DNA of 64,000 nt from Chrysomallon squamiferum. Its lineage: Eukaryota > Animalia > Mollusca. Below the pieces are notes generated by a model. That model had not been told where the DNA came from and did no database searches. It saw nothing but the letters and a program-made list of their open reading frames with translations. The stretch spans positions 17,050,001 through 17,114,000 of the forward strand of contig CM022676.1 of the NCBI GenBank assembly GCA_012295275.1. Direction: 5' to 3'. The translations under genes were made by a program, and so were the position numbers. This document shows, piece by piece, positions 26,759-41,658 of the stretch (positions are counted from its first letter, which is position 1; each line of letters starts with the position of its first letter).

Positions 26759-26772
26759 GCGCCCCCTGGCGG
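26759..26772 (-). promoter_or_regulatory. CTCF-like binding motif (copy 2)
   Basis: Same CCGCCAGGGGGCGC core as 5644-5657. Confidence 0.55.
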
Positions 26773-27406
26773 AAACTGCCAATATATTACGGAACACGGA
26801 CAATGGAATTTAAACAGAAAGTTTTCACAAAAGTAACCGAATTCACGTGTTTTGTTTCGTAAGAAGAAATTACATTGAGGTACTGTTATCTTTTCTTTCT
26901 TTCTTTTCGCTTAATTTTAGATCTTAGGTTTTTTCAGCTTTATGTTTCTTTAGTTCCTATTTTGTTTTTTATATATTTTTTTTTTTTTTTTTTTCGTCTT
27001 AGTAACAGTATTGTTTTTGCATACATTATTTTTAACTGTGTCTTCCTTTCTTCGTTCTTCTGTCGTTCTCAAAAATTCAGGTTGAGGATACTCTACCCGA
27101 AATCCATGTGACCGGAAGTTCTGAATATTCCGGATATGAGGATATAACCAGAGAAAAGGATTTAAATCAAAACACAGATTCCGTTTAATTTTCGTAAACA
27201 GCAAAAACAGAGAGTTCTCGGGATATTTTATATGTAATAAAGTTTGTGTGTACTAAACCAGCTGAGAACTTTGAGTTTCAACATTTCGTTTAATCGTCTA
27301 AAGATCAAGATTTCAGAATTTCGGAGAACTGATTCTCAAAATGTAAATATAATTTGCTGTTTAGTTCCTGTGAATACTGAAAATCTGTTCTTATTTATTT
27401 GTGTGC

Positions 27407-27446
<40 letters not shown>

Positions 27447-27648
27447 ACTTATTAAATATTCATTTACGTAACGATTTGTTTGAATGTTTATGCATTTGTA
27501 TGTGTATATGTATGTATGTCTGAATGTATCTATGTATGTCTATGTATATATATGTATATATATATATATGTATATATATATGTATATATATATATGTATG
27601 TATGTATATGTATGTATGTATATGTATATATATGTATATATATGTATG

Positions 27649-27679
<31 letters not shown>

Positions 27680-27706
27680 GTATGTATGTATGTATATATA
27701 TATATG

Positions 27707-27737
<31 letters not shown>

Positions 27738-27784
27738 ATGTATATATATATATATATGCCCATATGTATTTTATTTAATTACAG

Positions 27785-28008
27785 ATGGCTCTTTCAGCAG
27801 TGTTTGTTGTTGCCATAGTAACAGTTTCTTTCTCATCTTGCTGGAGTCAAACGCCATTTAAATGTAAGTACTTGATCAACTCACGTTTTCTGATCTCCTG
27901 TTTGTTTGTTTGTTTGTTTGTTTATTTATTTATTTAATTATTTATTTTTATAATTTAGTACAAAATGTCTAAACACCCACATATATTACACCCACCCATC
28001 ATACAAAA

Positions 28009-28047
<39 letters not shown>

Positions 28048-30073
28048 GGACGCACATATATATTTAGGTTATATATGTAAAATAATAAATCTTCACAGAT
28101 TATCCCTTATTTAAATTGTTTATCTGTTGTTGTTTTGTTTGTTTGTTTCTTTATCTGCTGTTTGTTTATTTTGTTTATTTGTTGTTGTTTTGTTTGTTTG
28201 TTTGTTTTTTTGTTTGTGTTTTTGTTTTTGTTTGTTTATTTTGTTTATCTGTTTGTTGTTTTTTGTTTCATTGTTTGTTTTTTGTTATTTTGTTGTTTTG
28301 TTTATTTTGTTTATCTGTTGTTTGTTTGTTTGTCTATTTTGTTTATTTGTTGTTTGTTTGTTTGTTTATTTTGTTTATCTGCTGTTTGTTTGTTTGTTTG
28401 TTTTGTTTATCTGTTGTTTGTTTGTTTAGTGAACAGCACGTGTTCACGACGTTCTGACTGCATGATCGGCGGCAACACGCAACATCCCGACTGCACCGAC
28501 TGCACGCAGTTTGTCGTTTGCTTCAAAGGAAACTACGCTGTCGTCAGCTGTCCTGCGACATCTCTTGACGACGTTTACTACGACGTCACCACCGGCAGAT
28601 GTGTCAGCAAGGAGAAGGCAAAATGTGGGTGAGTCATTACTGTCCTAACTTAAATACAGTTTTTAATTAATTTATCTGTAAATATAACAGTTTCTTGTTT
28701 ATATTCTCGTTGTTGTTGTTGTTGTTGAAGTAGTCGTTTTAGTGTTTATTGTTGTTGTGAGAAGTTAGAGGCATCACAGAAATCACAAAAGAGGTTGTAT
28801 TCTAAACTGTTTTATTTCTTCTCTTCGGACACAGACAGACGCAGAGAAGATGATTTCTGCAGATCTGAGAAAAGCGAAGAAAGCTTCGATAACTCTACCT
28901 GATGGATCCGAATACAAGTTCTCCTACTTTTCCCCGGACCAGTCCATTCACCCTTTGGAAAGTAAGGCGAATGAAAATGACGTCACAACAAATGAAGGTA
29001 TAAAGAATGAAAATTATATTACAAATAACTCGATAAATAATGAATATCAAAATGACATCACCAATAGTCCGACTGAAAGTGATGTCACGAGCTACAAGAA
29101 TGAAAATGACGTCACAAGTAGCCCCACTCAAAATGATGTCACGAGTACCCTGAATGAAAATGACGCCACAAACAACTTAAATGAAAATTACGTCACAAGT
29201 AAGCCGACTGAAAAATTCACAGGTTACGAGAAGGAAAATGACGTCAGAGGTAAACAGAACGAAAAAGAAATATCCACTAACCAGAATAAAAATAATGATA
29301 TAAATAATCAACACCAAAATGACGTCACCAATAGCTACAGTACATATGACGTCACAGACAGTCCGATTAGAAGTAGTACGACTTCATCCAGCACAACTCC
29401 GCCTCGACGTGAGATCAACCCAGCCTCCATGCTGACTTCTGACATAAACAATTACGTTGATAACCTACAAGAAAAACAGTTTTCTTTTCCTCGTTTTGAC
29501 AGCGCTCAGCCAATCAACTTTGAGACGTTTCCTCAGCCTCGTGTACCGCTCTACTTTGGCGGGAAACCGGTTGGTTTTAACTCCAAGGATAATGACGACC
29601 TGATGTCCGCTATAAAACTTCCCAACAACGACGTCAGTCACAACGACCTGAACGACATGCATAAAGAACTGAATGAAGATTTGTTGTCGCTGGGACATCC
29701 TTTCGATAAAGATTTTTTCAATTCCCAAGAGAGTCAACAGTCGCTTTCAGAATTCGAAAATCAAGAAATGAATTCTGAGAAACCGGCTCAAGTAACATCT
29801 ACTCCGTCTACGGCTAATACACAGCAGCAACAGCAACCGAGATGCACCGTTAGCTGCATTTACGATGGGCAACGACTACACGGTCTGTATCAGCACTGCC
29901 ACACGTGCTCCATGTACGTCGACTGTAACCATGGAAACGCGAGTTACCAGTCGTGTCCTATTTTAAGAGAGTGGGATGACAACAAGAAACAGTGCGTACT
30001 CTTTTCCTCCACCTGTCGGGAATTCTCGGCTTTTCCGACAATGGACGATCTTCTAGAGACCCGTTTTAAATAA
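27785..30073 (+). CDS. Secreted chitin-binding domain protein, copy 2 (exon 3 splice acceptor mutated; possible pseudogene)
   Basis: Exons 27785-27863, 28430-28628 and 28828-30073 are all open and about 97% identical in protein to copy 1, but the acceptor reads CG (28826-28827) instead of AG. Confidence 0.75.
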
Positions 30074-30899
30074 CTGTGTTACGTTACAGTGTCAGTGTAT
30101 GCACTTGCGTTCATTATAATCTCTAAAACACTAACATAATTATTAACTAAGTACGAACAGGTCAAGATTTCAGTTCCTAATTCCTCTTCTCATTAGTTTA
30201 TTTGTTTCATTTTATTTTATTTTATTTCATTATATTTTATATTTTTTCATTTTGTTTATTTATTTACTTATTTATTTAAGAGATTTTTTTTTTTTTTTTT
30301 TTTTTTTGTTTGCATGCTTCTTTGATAACTTGCTCTTTAAAAAAAAAATGAATAAAAGGCTTTCAGCACATGGTCTGAATATTTATTTTAAAATAAAATT
30401 ATAATTTAAACATTTCTTTAAATGGTGTAATTCTATACTGTATCGATCCTTAATCGTCCGATTTTTAAATACATCAAAAATATATAGTCATGTACACGCA
30501 AATATATAGATATATGCTAATGTAAGTATATACTTATACGTACACACGTACAAAATAATATTTAATGTTATATGTATAAACATACGTATATACAGACTTG
30601 CAGACAGGCTTAGAGATATACATATAAACATGCATACTTACATCCGTATACACAGCACACATCTTCACAGAGATACACACGCACACACGCACACACAAAT
30701 ACAGACAGCACAGTATTAATTCCTAAATATGTATAATGCCACTGAGAGCTTTGCGAAATAATGATAAGAAGAAGGTTGATGATGATGATAATAAGTAATT
30801 GAATAGATAAATAAATAGGGAATATGAATGAAATACTTTTACAAAATGTAAGACAAACTGACGATCAACACTCTTCGTAAAATGATTTACTCAACAATT

Positions 30900-31475
30900 T
30901 ACTATTTTGTGCGCGTGTGTGTACGCTTATATATATTAGAAGTATGTAGATATGTGTGTGTCTGTGTGTGTATATGTGTGTTACTGTGTGTGTGTGTGCG
31001 CGCGTGTGTGAGCTTATATATATTAGAAGTATGTAAATGTGTGTGTGACTGTGTGTATATGTGTGTGTGACTGTGTGTATATGTGTGTGTGACTGTGTGT
31101 GTGCGTGTGTGTGCGTTTATATATATTAGAAGTATGTAGATGAGTGTGTGTGTCTGTGTGTATATGTGTGTGTGACTGTGTGTGTGCGTGTGTGTGCGTT
31201 TATATATATTAGAAGTATGTAGATGAGTGTGTGTGTCTGTGTGTATATGTGTGTGTCTGTGTGTTTTTGTGTGTGTGCGTTTCTGTGTGTCTCTGTGTGT
31301 GCGTGTATGTGCGCTTATATATATTAGAAGTATGTAGATGTGTGTGCGCGCGTGTGTATGCGCTTATATATATTAGAAGTATGTATATGTGTGTCTGTGT
31401 GTGTTTATGTGTGTGTCTGTGTAGGTGCGTGTGTGTGCGCTTATATATATTAGAAGTATGTAGATGTGTGTGCTG
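30900..31475. repeat. Compound minisatellite
   Basis: Recurring CGCTTATATATATTAGAAGTATGTAGATG core interspersed with (TG)n. Confidence 0.8.
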
Positions 31476-31531
31476 AAGCTGATCAAAGAGCAATACTGAT
31501 GTTGTTCAACGACGACGATTACACATCTACT

Positions 31532-31637
<106 letters not shown>

Positions 31638-32552
31638 CTGGTTGACTGATGCAAAGAAAGAGAGATGGATGGATGAATATGTAAAAGGAGACAGAGAGAA
31701 CAAGCAATATTTAATCGTGAATGTCAAAGAAAAAAGTGAATAAATTAAAACAGATATATCATTCACATGAAAACTTTTATTTATTCGTAAATTAAAGACC
31801 AGAGAAAAAATAGCACAAATTTCACAAAAGTTAATATTATATCCCAAATAATAGATTATATTGGATTGAGGAATAAGTCATTGCGGTTAAATTAAATTTA
31901 ATGATTACACAGAAGAAAACTTAAGCTTAACTGATAACAAGATGTAATTTAATCAATAACGTATTTTCCATTGTTATTTACCACTTCTTCCCAATGTTCA
32001 ACAAGTTTTTCGATGCTTCTGCAATAAATTTGAATGAATTATGACTTATTCCTCAACCTAATATATACCTACTAACCCACACCACTTACACACACACACA
32101 ACACACATACACAAGCATACACACACCAGTACACACAAGCACACGCACGCACACACGCACACACACACAAAACAACTCGTACTATATATAAAACATGTAA
32201 TTTGTAAAATGAACGAAATCGTCAGTTTTAGTTTTCAGTATAGTCATTATTCTGTGTTTTTATCTTGTTCATTCAATATTGTGGTACTTCTACTACGTTT
32301 CAAATCATTTCCTATTCAATATATATGAAATAAAATTAAAAACAACGACAGTACACAAATATATATATATATATATATAAATTCATATACGCACATACAC
32401 ACATGCTTAAATAAATAAATGAATAAAATATCATTAATTTTTTTTTTTTTTTAAACTAAAACAGAAAAATGAATACAATAAATATTGAATAAAATTAGAT
32501 AAAATATATTAAATAAAATAAAATAATAAGTCTGAAGAACAGGACTATTTCT

Positions 32553-32602
<50 letters not shown>

Positions 32603-34953
32603 AATACTAATAATAATAATAATGATGATGATGATGAGACTGATGAGGAGCAACGAAAATATTTGTATTTACCTTCAGAGAGAGATTCATTTTCGTGTTC
32701 ATGCGAAGTTAGTTATGAATGTACACCTTTATTTTGAAACTAATTAATTTTTTATCATTACCTTTTATTATTATATATTACTATATAATAATAAAAGTAT
32801 GTCATAATGCTGTAGTAATTACTACCTCTATGATTACTATTACTAGTACCATTAAAACTACTACTACTACAACTGCTGTTTATGCTTGTGTTTTGGCTAT
32901 TACTACTTCTCTACTACTAGAGCTACTGATACACCTCTTAATACATACTACTCTTACTAACAATAATACCAGTACTACTGCTACATCAACATTCACCAAT
33001 ACTATGTACTGGCAGCCTAAGTAAAACCAGTGGACAAAGCTATTAAAAGTGTAGGCTGTGTCCATCCTCCTCCAGTTCGAAATCCCTTCTTTAAAATGTA
33101 ACATGAACAACAATTACACAGAAATACAGATTATTATCTGTTATTTCTTAAATGATGATTTTCTTCTTTTTGTTTGTTTCTTTGTGCGTGTTTTAAATGC
33201 GTGCGTTGTACGAGAGTGTTAAACGTGGTGGGTTAAACGAACTATGAGGCCCGTGGAGTAAAACGTCCTAAATTTGTGTCGCTTTTGTGTTATTTTTAGA
33301 ACAGTTAGGAAGGTCAAAGGTCAATCTTTGTCACTGTGCATGTCGTCGCTGGCAATGGCTTATGTCAAAAGTTGTGTCCAAAAATGAAGTTTTACTGCTT
33401 CCCTTCAAACCATTTTTGTCATTATTATTATTATGTTTATTATTATTATTATTATCTAAATGACTGATACTCAAATGAAAGCTCGTTCAATTACCTTTCA
33501 AACAATGTGCGACACTACGACGTGCCATCTTTGCCGTAGAAGAGCTGAACATTTGAAAGTAGCACGTGCATTGCGAAATTACGTTTTCTACATATCCAAA
33601 TGTCCGAAGATTTTATACACAACTAGAAAGGACTGGCGCTGTTTAAAATGATTATATCTGTTTCTATATTTCTAATAGCATGTTGATTACATCCTTTTCT
33701 TCACTGTTCCTATTTTTTGCTGTATATAATATCAGTACGTCCTGAAATAAACGAATTAACATCGTGTTTTATCGATTACTATCTCTTCCGTTCTCAGACG
33801 GACGATTGTTTTGCTTTCAAAATTATTGCTTTAAACGGCGAATTAAGTAAGAATTGTCAGAAGTATAGATAAAATACTGAATAAGAACGAATCACTTTTT
33901 AATATCATATAAGGATTAATTTTAAAATTTAGATTATTTTTGCTTGTTGGTTTGGTCCATCAGAGAAAATTCCAATGGTCAGATGACTGAAAACTTTGTT
34001 TCCAGTCTAATCACAGCAAGTACGAAGCCAAAAACATTATTTTATGTCTGTTTCAAATGACAGCCGTAAAACACCTGTGTCTTTAATTGCTTTAGTCTCA
34101 TGATTCCATACATTATCTGTTTCGCTAATCGGTACATGACGTACATCTATTAGTAATAATAACCTTTATTAATACACTGGTTTCAAAAGTAATATTAATC
34201 TCTCATAATCCATACTATTTACCCGATAGCTCTTCGTCATAAATAGTAGTACAGGAGTCACTTGGCTGGATTTTAAACTGTACACGACTATCTGTTAACT
34301 CAATGCCATCTAGTTATTTTGCGATATTCTATTCACATATATGTACTCATCAACATCACTGACAGACTACTGCTATCTACTGAGATATATTCACTTAATA
34401 TTTATAAAGTACCATAACCCTTAATTCCAATTTACTATCGAAACATTTGACCCAGGTATCTCAACATCATGTGGAAGACAGATTGTTTAAGTTTTAGGCC
34501 TGGTGGAAGTGAACACCTATTATTCCTTTCTGGAGTAGAGTTTGATTTATTGCTTACGATTATAGTTAAACATCAAATGCTTGCAGTACTTTTGATAGAT
34601 AGCTAGCTATATTGATAGACATAAACAGATAGATATAGAGATTGATAGACAGAGAAACAGACAGATAGATAGGGAGATAGATAGACAGATATATAGCTAG
34701 ATAGACAGAGAGACAGACAGATAGATAGATAGATACAAAACACAGTATTTTAACTTATTACTACTAATTACTTAATAGTGAAAATCAAGATATTTATAAA
34801 AGTAAAGTTGTGCTATTGAGGTGTTTGACCCGTATCAGTTGTTTTATTTATTTATTTGTTCTGTTAATGGCCACCCTTCTTGCCTTCAACTACCTCGAAA
34901 TGCATTTTAATATATAAACATTATTAATGATGATAAAATAAGAAATACATTTG

Positions 34954-34987
<34 letters not shown>

Positions 34988-36579
34988 AAAACATTATTAT
35001 TATTATTATTATTTCAATGACTGCAACGAAGGCAGATGTGCATCTCTTTAAACTACAAACAACAACAAATAAATAGTAATTCTAATTAATACTTTCTGAA
35101 ACTACGCCGACTTGTTTTCTGAAAGTTTTGAGCTAAAGTGCTAAAAAAAACAAAATGCATGGTTGCTGTGCACTGACCATAAGGGTGCACTGACTCACAG
35201 TATTACTTCAAACTGAAAAGGTTTTATGAAATATGTGATTTGAAAATTCATTTAACAAATTGGTCCCAGCATTCTTTTTTGACTTTATGTCTTTTATATC
35301 GTTTTTTTCTTTTTTTTCAAACTATACTTGGCTAATGTTACTCCTTCCTTCCGTTTGCCAAAATATGGTAAAATAAAATAAATAAATAAAAAAATAAATA
35401 AATAAAATAAAATAAAATAAAACAAAATAATATAATATAATATAATATAATATAATATAATATAATATAATATAATATAATATAATATAATATAATAGAA
35501 TAGAAAAAATAAATAAATAAAAAATGAAAAATTTGCTATGGTACTGATTTGCATTCATCTTTTAAACCAATAGAGTCATATATATTTTTTCTCTCTGCAG
35601 CTTTCATTTTACTTATTTTCTTGCTTAGCAGATACAATTAAATTAATCAAAAAGTAGGCTGTCATTACCTACTACTGCTATTGTTTCTGAAAAAAGCTAT
35701 CATTACTGGTTTTATTACTACCTCTAGCTTGAACTGCTGAAACGATAACAACTACTGCTATCTTCACTACAACCACTACCTCTACTGCTAGTACTACTAG
35801 TACCACTGCAAGTGTTACTATCATTAGTATTACTTCTTCCATTAATATTAACTACTATGTATGTGTAAACTAATTTACTATTATTGTTTTTATTTGTATT
35901 ATACTTTTTTAAGTACTATTGCTAATAGTTCTACTAGAAATACTACTACTGTTATAGTTTATATAGTACTAGTACAATACTACTACTAAATTACTAATTC
36001 TACATATAATACTTCTACTAATCGTAGTAGTAATATTATTATTACCAATTTAATTTAGTGAAATTGTACTGTTATTTCAACTACAACTACTGCCACTTCT
36101 ACCACCGCTACTACTATTACTGCTATTACTACTTCTTCTACTGCTACTACTCTACTCTTATCACTAACACAACTGGTATTATTATTATAATACTACTGTT
36201 CCTACTATTACTACTACTACTATTATTGCTATGACTACTAGTAACATTTCCTGTACTATTGTTATAGGGGTTTCGTCTACAACTTGTTCTGCCCAAACTA
36301 TTACTTTTATATTTATTGTATTTTTTCTGTAACAAAGACTGCGGCTGCTGTTGCTACTACTACTAGTGCTAGTAGAGTAATTGCTAATAGTACTATAAGT
36401 GTACAAGTATTTATGTTGTTATTTTAGCTATTACTATTACGACTACTACATTTCCTTATTGTATTACTATTACAATAACTGAACCTACCGGCAGTAACAC
36501 TGAAATTGTATTTACTAAACAATACTCTTAAGAAGAAGAAGCAAAAGAACTATACAAAATTAGTTTAAATTGAACTTAC

Positions 36580-36646
36580 CAGTACTCGAGTGCAGAATGA
36601 CAATATTTATACAAGAACAAAATAAAATAAACGTGTCTGTCCGCAT
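36580..36646 (-). pseudogene. Orphan signal-peptide exon of a more diverged receptor paralog
   Basis: MRTDTFILFCSCINIVILHSST then G|GTAAGT; same 67-nt length, same upstream acceptor and homologous flanking introns as 4172-4238; no downstream Ig exon recognised. Confidence 0.75.
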
Positions 36647-38329
36647 GACTGAATGATTCTAGTGCAATATCTGAAATATCAATAACAATAATAATAATAA
36701 CAATAACAACAACAATAATATCAAAGTGAACAGTATTAGTACTAACAGTAACTATGAAATGAACCCAGTCAGAAAAAGGAACTACTTAAAAACTAACTTT
36801 TCAAATGTTCTTCGCTAGATACAATCTTTTCTGCAAAACTTTCTTTGAAAGAGAAAGTCATTCTAATTATGTATTTCAATACGATCCACTGTTGTAAAAA
36901 GAAAACAGATTATAACGTCTTTTCCGCATTTCCTTTAATTGCGTGAGAGGGTGTAAAATTATAATGTCTCAATAATATTATAATGTATAGTTGTGACGAA
37001 GATAAATAATCTCATCTTTTTTATTATTTTATTTATTTATTTGTTTATAAACGTTCAGGTCGAAAAGTTTTTCAATAAATACATTTCTTTTGTATATACT
37101 ACGCATAGATCATCTTATTAAAATGATACTTATTATACGTATGTAACCTTGAGATTGTTTTTGTCTCTGTTAATGAAATCGGGGACATATAAGTCAACGA
37201 AGAAATCATAAATGGTACAAAATATTTAGTAGGAATTATAGTAAGTAAATAAACTGCCCTCAAGTGCCGATAAAACTAAAAAACTGTCCATAATATCCTT
37301 TTATCGGAAACCACACGATAACGAAGGTGGTTTTTAAGCTTGGTTCAAAACATAATACAGTGTATACTATTTACATGACACATAATAAAATAGTAGGTCA
37401 CTCAGTAGAAATCTCCTTATTAAGTATCTTTGTTTTGACAGTTACTTCATAAAGTCCACTCCACATTCAAACAGGTTCTCAGAAAAATATCTTTTCAAAA
37501 GTTACTTCTTAAATTGTATCCGACTGAAAATCAATTACTGTTCCATTTACTTTCAAATCGAAACAACTTTTGTAAGGACCATTATTATATTTTTAAGACA
37601 TATGTTTCCTGCGGGCGTCACCAATGACCCAGAATCCCACTCTCAGCCGTATTGCATTTCACAGTTCTGAATAACCTCTATGTTAACAGTATTCTGTGAA
37701 TGTAGCTGAATAAGTCACTTATGTCGCTTGCTTCACAATAGCTTTTGTTTTTAGCATGTTAATATTTCACTCATTCACTCGATTATAACAGTATTTTAGC
37801 ACAAACGGATGGTTAACACATGTGTAGTTTGCAGATCGTTCAACCAGTGGAGATCAAATTAGACGCTGCTGTAACTGATACCTCAGAGGTAACTAAACAC
37901 CAAGGAAGCCAAACTGAGAGAAAATCGAGTGTCAGAAAACACTGTGGCTTTCAAGGATAAACCGAGCAAACTTTAACATCATTTTAAAGTTTGTTGGGAC
38001 CACTCTTTATCAGGAAATTAAATCAGTTTCCTTCTTCTTACTTTAATTGTTAAAATACAAAGTAATTCCTGAGTAAATTGGTCATAAATTTTATAATGAT
38101 CTAAATAATAACATATAAATAACTTTTTTTTATAATTCATTAATGTAAAATAAATGAATAAACTGTATGAAATTAACTACGAAAAACTTGAATATGAAGG
38201 TCATATAGTAGTAGTAATAATAAAGTACAGAGGGAAACATTTGAATTGTTACAGTAGTTACACAAGTCATTAGTTTATATGGGTTAAGTATACAGTATTT
38301 ATCATTTCAAAGAAATTATCACTGACATT

Positions 38330-39090
38330 TATTACTAAATCATTAATGATGTTGATAATTAAACTTTATAATGATATGGCTCGTATGTTGGTGAAACTTG
38401 AAGTTTTCAGATTAAAGGAAAACTAAAACCGGTTTCAGAAGCAGAAAGAGAAATTGTAGCATGATGCAGGTGGGACTCCAGAGTCTTACATGAGAAAACA
38501 CAGAAAAATGGTCTGTTTACTCCAGATGTCCTCAAAGATGAAAGAGTAAAACATTACACAGGACTTTGTTTCACAGAATTTGTGGCTTTGATTAATGTTG
38601 TTTCTCCACATACCTCTGAGATCTCAAAAACAGTTTTAAGAAAATTTGAAAAACTAGTTTTAGTGTAATAGAAACTTAGACTCAGTCTACAACAGGATCT
38701 GTGTTATGTATTTAAAATGTGTGCAAGTTGTGTGTCAGACATTTCATGATGTCACACAAATATTGTTTGAGAAGTTGAAATGTTTAGTATTGTGGTTGAA
38801 CTAAGAACAACATCAGTTAACAATGCTTGTGGAATCTGATATTTTGGAGTCACAGATTCAGTTGTTATTGACTGTGTTGGGATATTTATAGAGAGACATT
38901 CTAATTTATTAGTTTGAGCTAAAACCTGCTCAAATTACAAACATCTCAATACTGTTAAATATTTAATTAGTATTAACCCTCAACATGCAATTTCATTTTC
39001 ATCAAAAGGACGTGACAAAGAATCAGAGAAACATCTAACTGAAAACAGCTGCCTGTTGTTAAACCTCTTACAAGGTGACATTGTTCTTGC
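38330..39090 (+). mobile_element. Decayed ISL2EU/Harbinger-type DDE transposase
   Basis: RVKHYTGL...KLRL...QQDLCYVF...VVIDCVGIFIERHSNLL...SNYKHLNTVKYLISINPQHAISFSSKG...KHLTENS...GDIVLA, with stops and frameshifts. Confidence 0.8.
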
Positions 39091-39216
39091 AAATATGTTC
39101 AATTTATTTATTTATTTATTTTTGAGTGCATATTTGGAAAAAATATAATTTATTTATAAAGAATTAACAGTTTGAAAATTAATTTTTAAAATAATAATAA
39201 TAATAATCACAATCAC

Positions 39217-39270
<54 letters not shown>

Positions 39271-39429
39271 TTGTTTCCACTGTGGAGCCTGATTAAGTCT
39301 TGCGGTGTTTTAAATATTTGAATCTAATCAGGTTCAGAAACAAAACATAATAATTGTAATAAATAGCAACTTGTTTATTTTTAATTTTTCATTATACAAT
39401 TCAGGATACAAATAAATGACAAAGATATT

Positions 39430-40140
39430 TAATGTCTTTGTTTTTTTTTCATGTTTTCTTCTTGAATTCCTTACAGTTCTCATTCAGGATGTTGAAAATT
39501 ACAATATCCAATGGCAAATCTGTTTTGAGTTCTCATAATACTGCTAGTTGAAAAAATGTACCTGTCTTTTCCATCATTTCAATAGAAAATTGCTCATCAA
39601 AAATAATTTTCTCTGTGAAGAAATCAGCTTCAGCAGACACAGTATTCCATATTGGTAAGAAATAATTGGCACTGAACTTGGTAAGAGAGAGACTTGTTTA
39701 AACAGAGCTGCTCATCTATCCTTTCATTGCTGTTTGATTGTAACTTTGTGTAAGTTTTTTTAATTCAGTGTCTCTTGCTTACTAACAGATTTCAATGAAC
39801 ACATTCTGACAATAATTAACTGTTCCTTGCTGACAGATGTAAAAGTGTCATCAAACAATTCTGAAAATACTTTGGGACACTTTCTGTCCAGTGTTTCGGG
39901 TTGGTAGTTGCTTGCTTATCCTGCAACAACTGAAAAGATGACTGGCTTCTTGCTTGTGTGGCTCAGTGCAGAAATCAGGCCTGATTTGACTGATCTAACT
40001 GTTCTTCCTTCATCTTTGCTGAGGTACAGTCAACATCCTGTATAGTGCTATACTCCAACTTTGATACTGCTAATAGAAGGAGCCAGTGTGCCTTTTGTTG
40101 TCTATCTCTTACTGTTTCCTATGTTTACTGAAGGTCCATC
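39430..40140 (-). mobile_element. Decayed YqaJ-like exonuclease ORF (ISL2EU second ORF), convergent with the transposase
   Basis: QKAHWLL...LEYSTIQDVDCTSAK and SYQVQCQLFLTNMEYC...DFFTEKIIFDEQF...FFQLAVL*EL. Confidence 0.65.
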
Positions 40141-40575
40141 TACAAATAAATGATAAGAAAACATCAAACTGTCACTCACTTTTTTGTGTATGTACATAAC
40201 TATGTATCTATCACACATATACACACATGCATGCACTCTGCCTCTCTCTCTCTTACACACATACACACATATACATATGTAAATTATTTTCATAATCTTC
40301 AATAAACAGATAGACAGACAGATAGGTGTCTGAATATAGGTATGATTAGAGTGATGAAATTCTTAGAATAAATATATTTCCATGACATATCGAAAATCTG
40401 AAACATATACACTGTAAGTGTTACTTCTTAAATACAGTATAGCCGAACTAAAATTATCTGAAAACAGACAAATAGAAACAAATTGAAATTTGTTCTCACA
40501 TATAAAATTGTATACTTTCATAATTTGTTTTGTTTAATTACCATAAATCAGTCAGTTGTGAAGATTGGAACTCAC

Positions 40576-41308
40576 AGCAGCCAGGTTGTGAGGTCCATCA
40601 ACTGTTTTACCATCATCTGCAGGTCACCAGCTGTAAAATAACAATGATAATATCAATAACAATAATAATAATAATAAATAATAATAATATATTTAGTGTC
40701 CACTAAGAAGATAGGAACCTAAATCCCCAACTTGAAAATCCACTGCTGTATCAACAAAACTAATTCATTGACAGAAGAAATTGTTTTGAAAATAATACCA
40801 CATAAGTCAGGAAAATAGACCAAAAAACCAACAATAATAATAAATCAGCAAATAAAAACAAAATACAAGCATGCAAAAATAATGAGACAACTACAACTTT
40901 TATTAACTTAATAAATGTTTATGAAAATCACCTGCAGCTGTAAATGTCATTAATTTTGAGTTTTTTTGTAAAAGGTGAAGCCTCCAGACTGTCTGTCATT
41001 GGTCCATCGAGAACTCTCAAACCTGCTCAGAATAAAACACAAGAAATTAGTTTTAAATAAACTATATTTATCTTTATATTTTCTTTTATTTCTTCTTCTG
41101 CTTTCTGTTGTTTTTTTTTTTTGTATAAGTTATGTATTTTTTGCTGAATGTCCTATTGTCATGGACATATTTAAATTATTACATTTCACTAATTTAAATG
41201 ATTAACTCATACCTGAAATTCCTGCCCTGTAAGCGACACCAACAGAACAGACATTGTTAGCAACAGCAGCAATCTCACCACCACATCGTGTACCATGATG
41301 TTTTGTGG
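40576..41308 (-). pseudogene. PCSK7: Proprotein convertase PC7-like gene fragment (three exons with introns)
   Basis: 41213-41308 TKHHGTRCGGEIAAVANNVCSVGVAYRAGIS; 40932-41022 [30 protein letters not shown]; 40576-40630 SW*PADDGKTVDGPHNLAA. Matches the PC7 catalytic-domain segment around the active-site His; phases compatible; premature TGA. Confidence 0.85.
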
Positions 41309-41538
41309 CTGCAACAAAATAATCAGAATAGTTTTAATTTTACTGTTCAAGTCTTTACTTTTATTGAAAACCATAATATCTATATTCAGTAATAGATTTT
41401 AGATTTAAATTTAGGATCATATTTTATTATTTTCTGAGATGTTTTACTGCCCCAGAAAACAACTGATAATAGCAGAAATGAGGACCTGGATGATGGTACA
41501 TACAAATATAATGACAATATAAAGTTAAATACATAGAG

Positions 41539-41658
<120 letters not shown>

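Noticed and set aside
37280-37990. Higher-complexity stretch that might be decayed coding sequence
   Set aside because: The frame I translated had frequent stops and no motif I could identify confidently.
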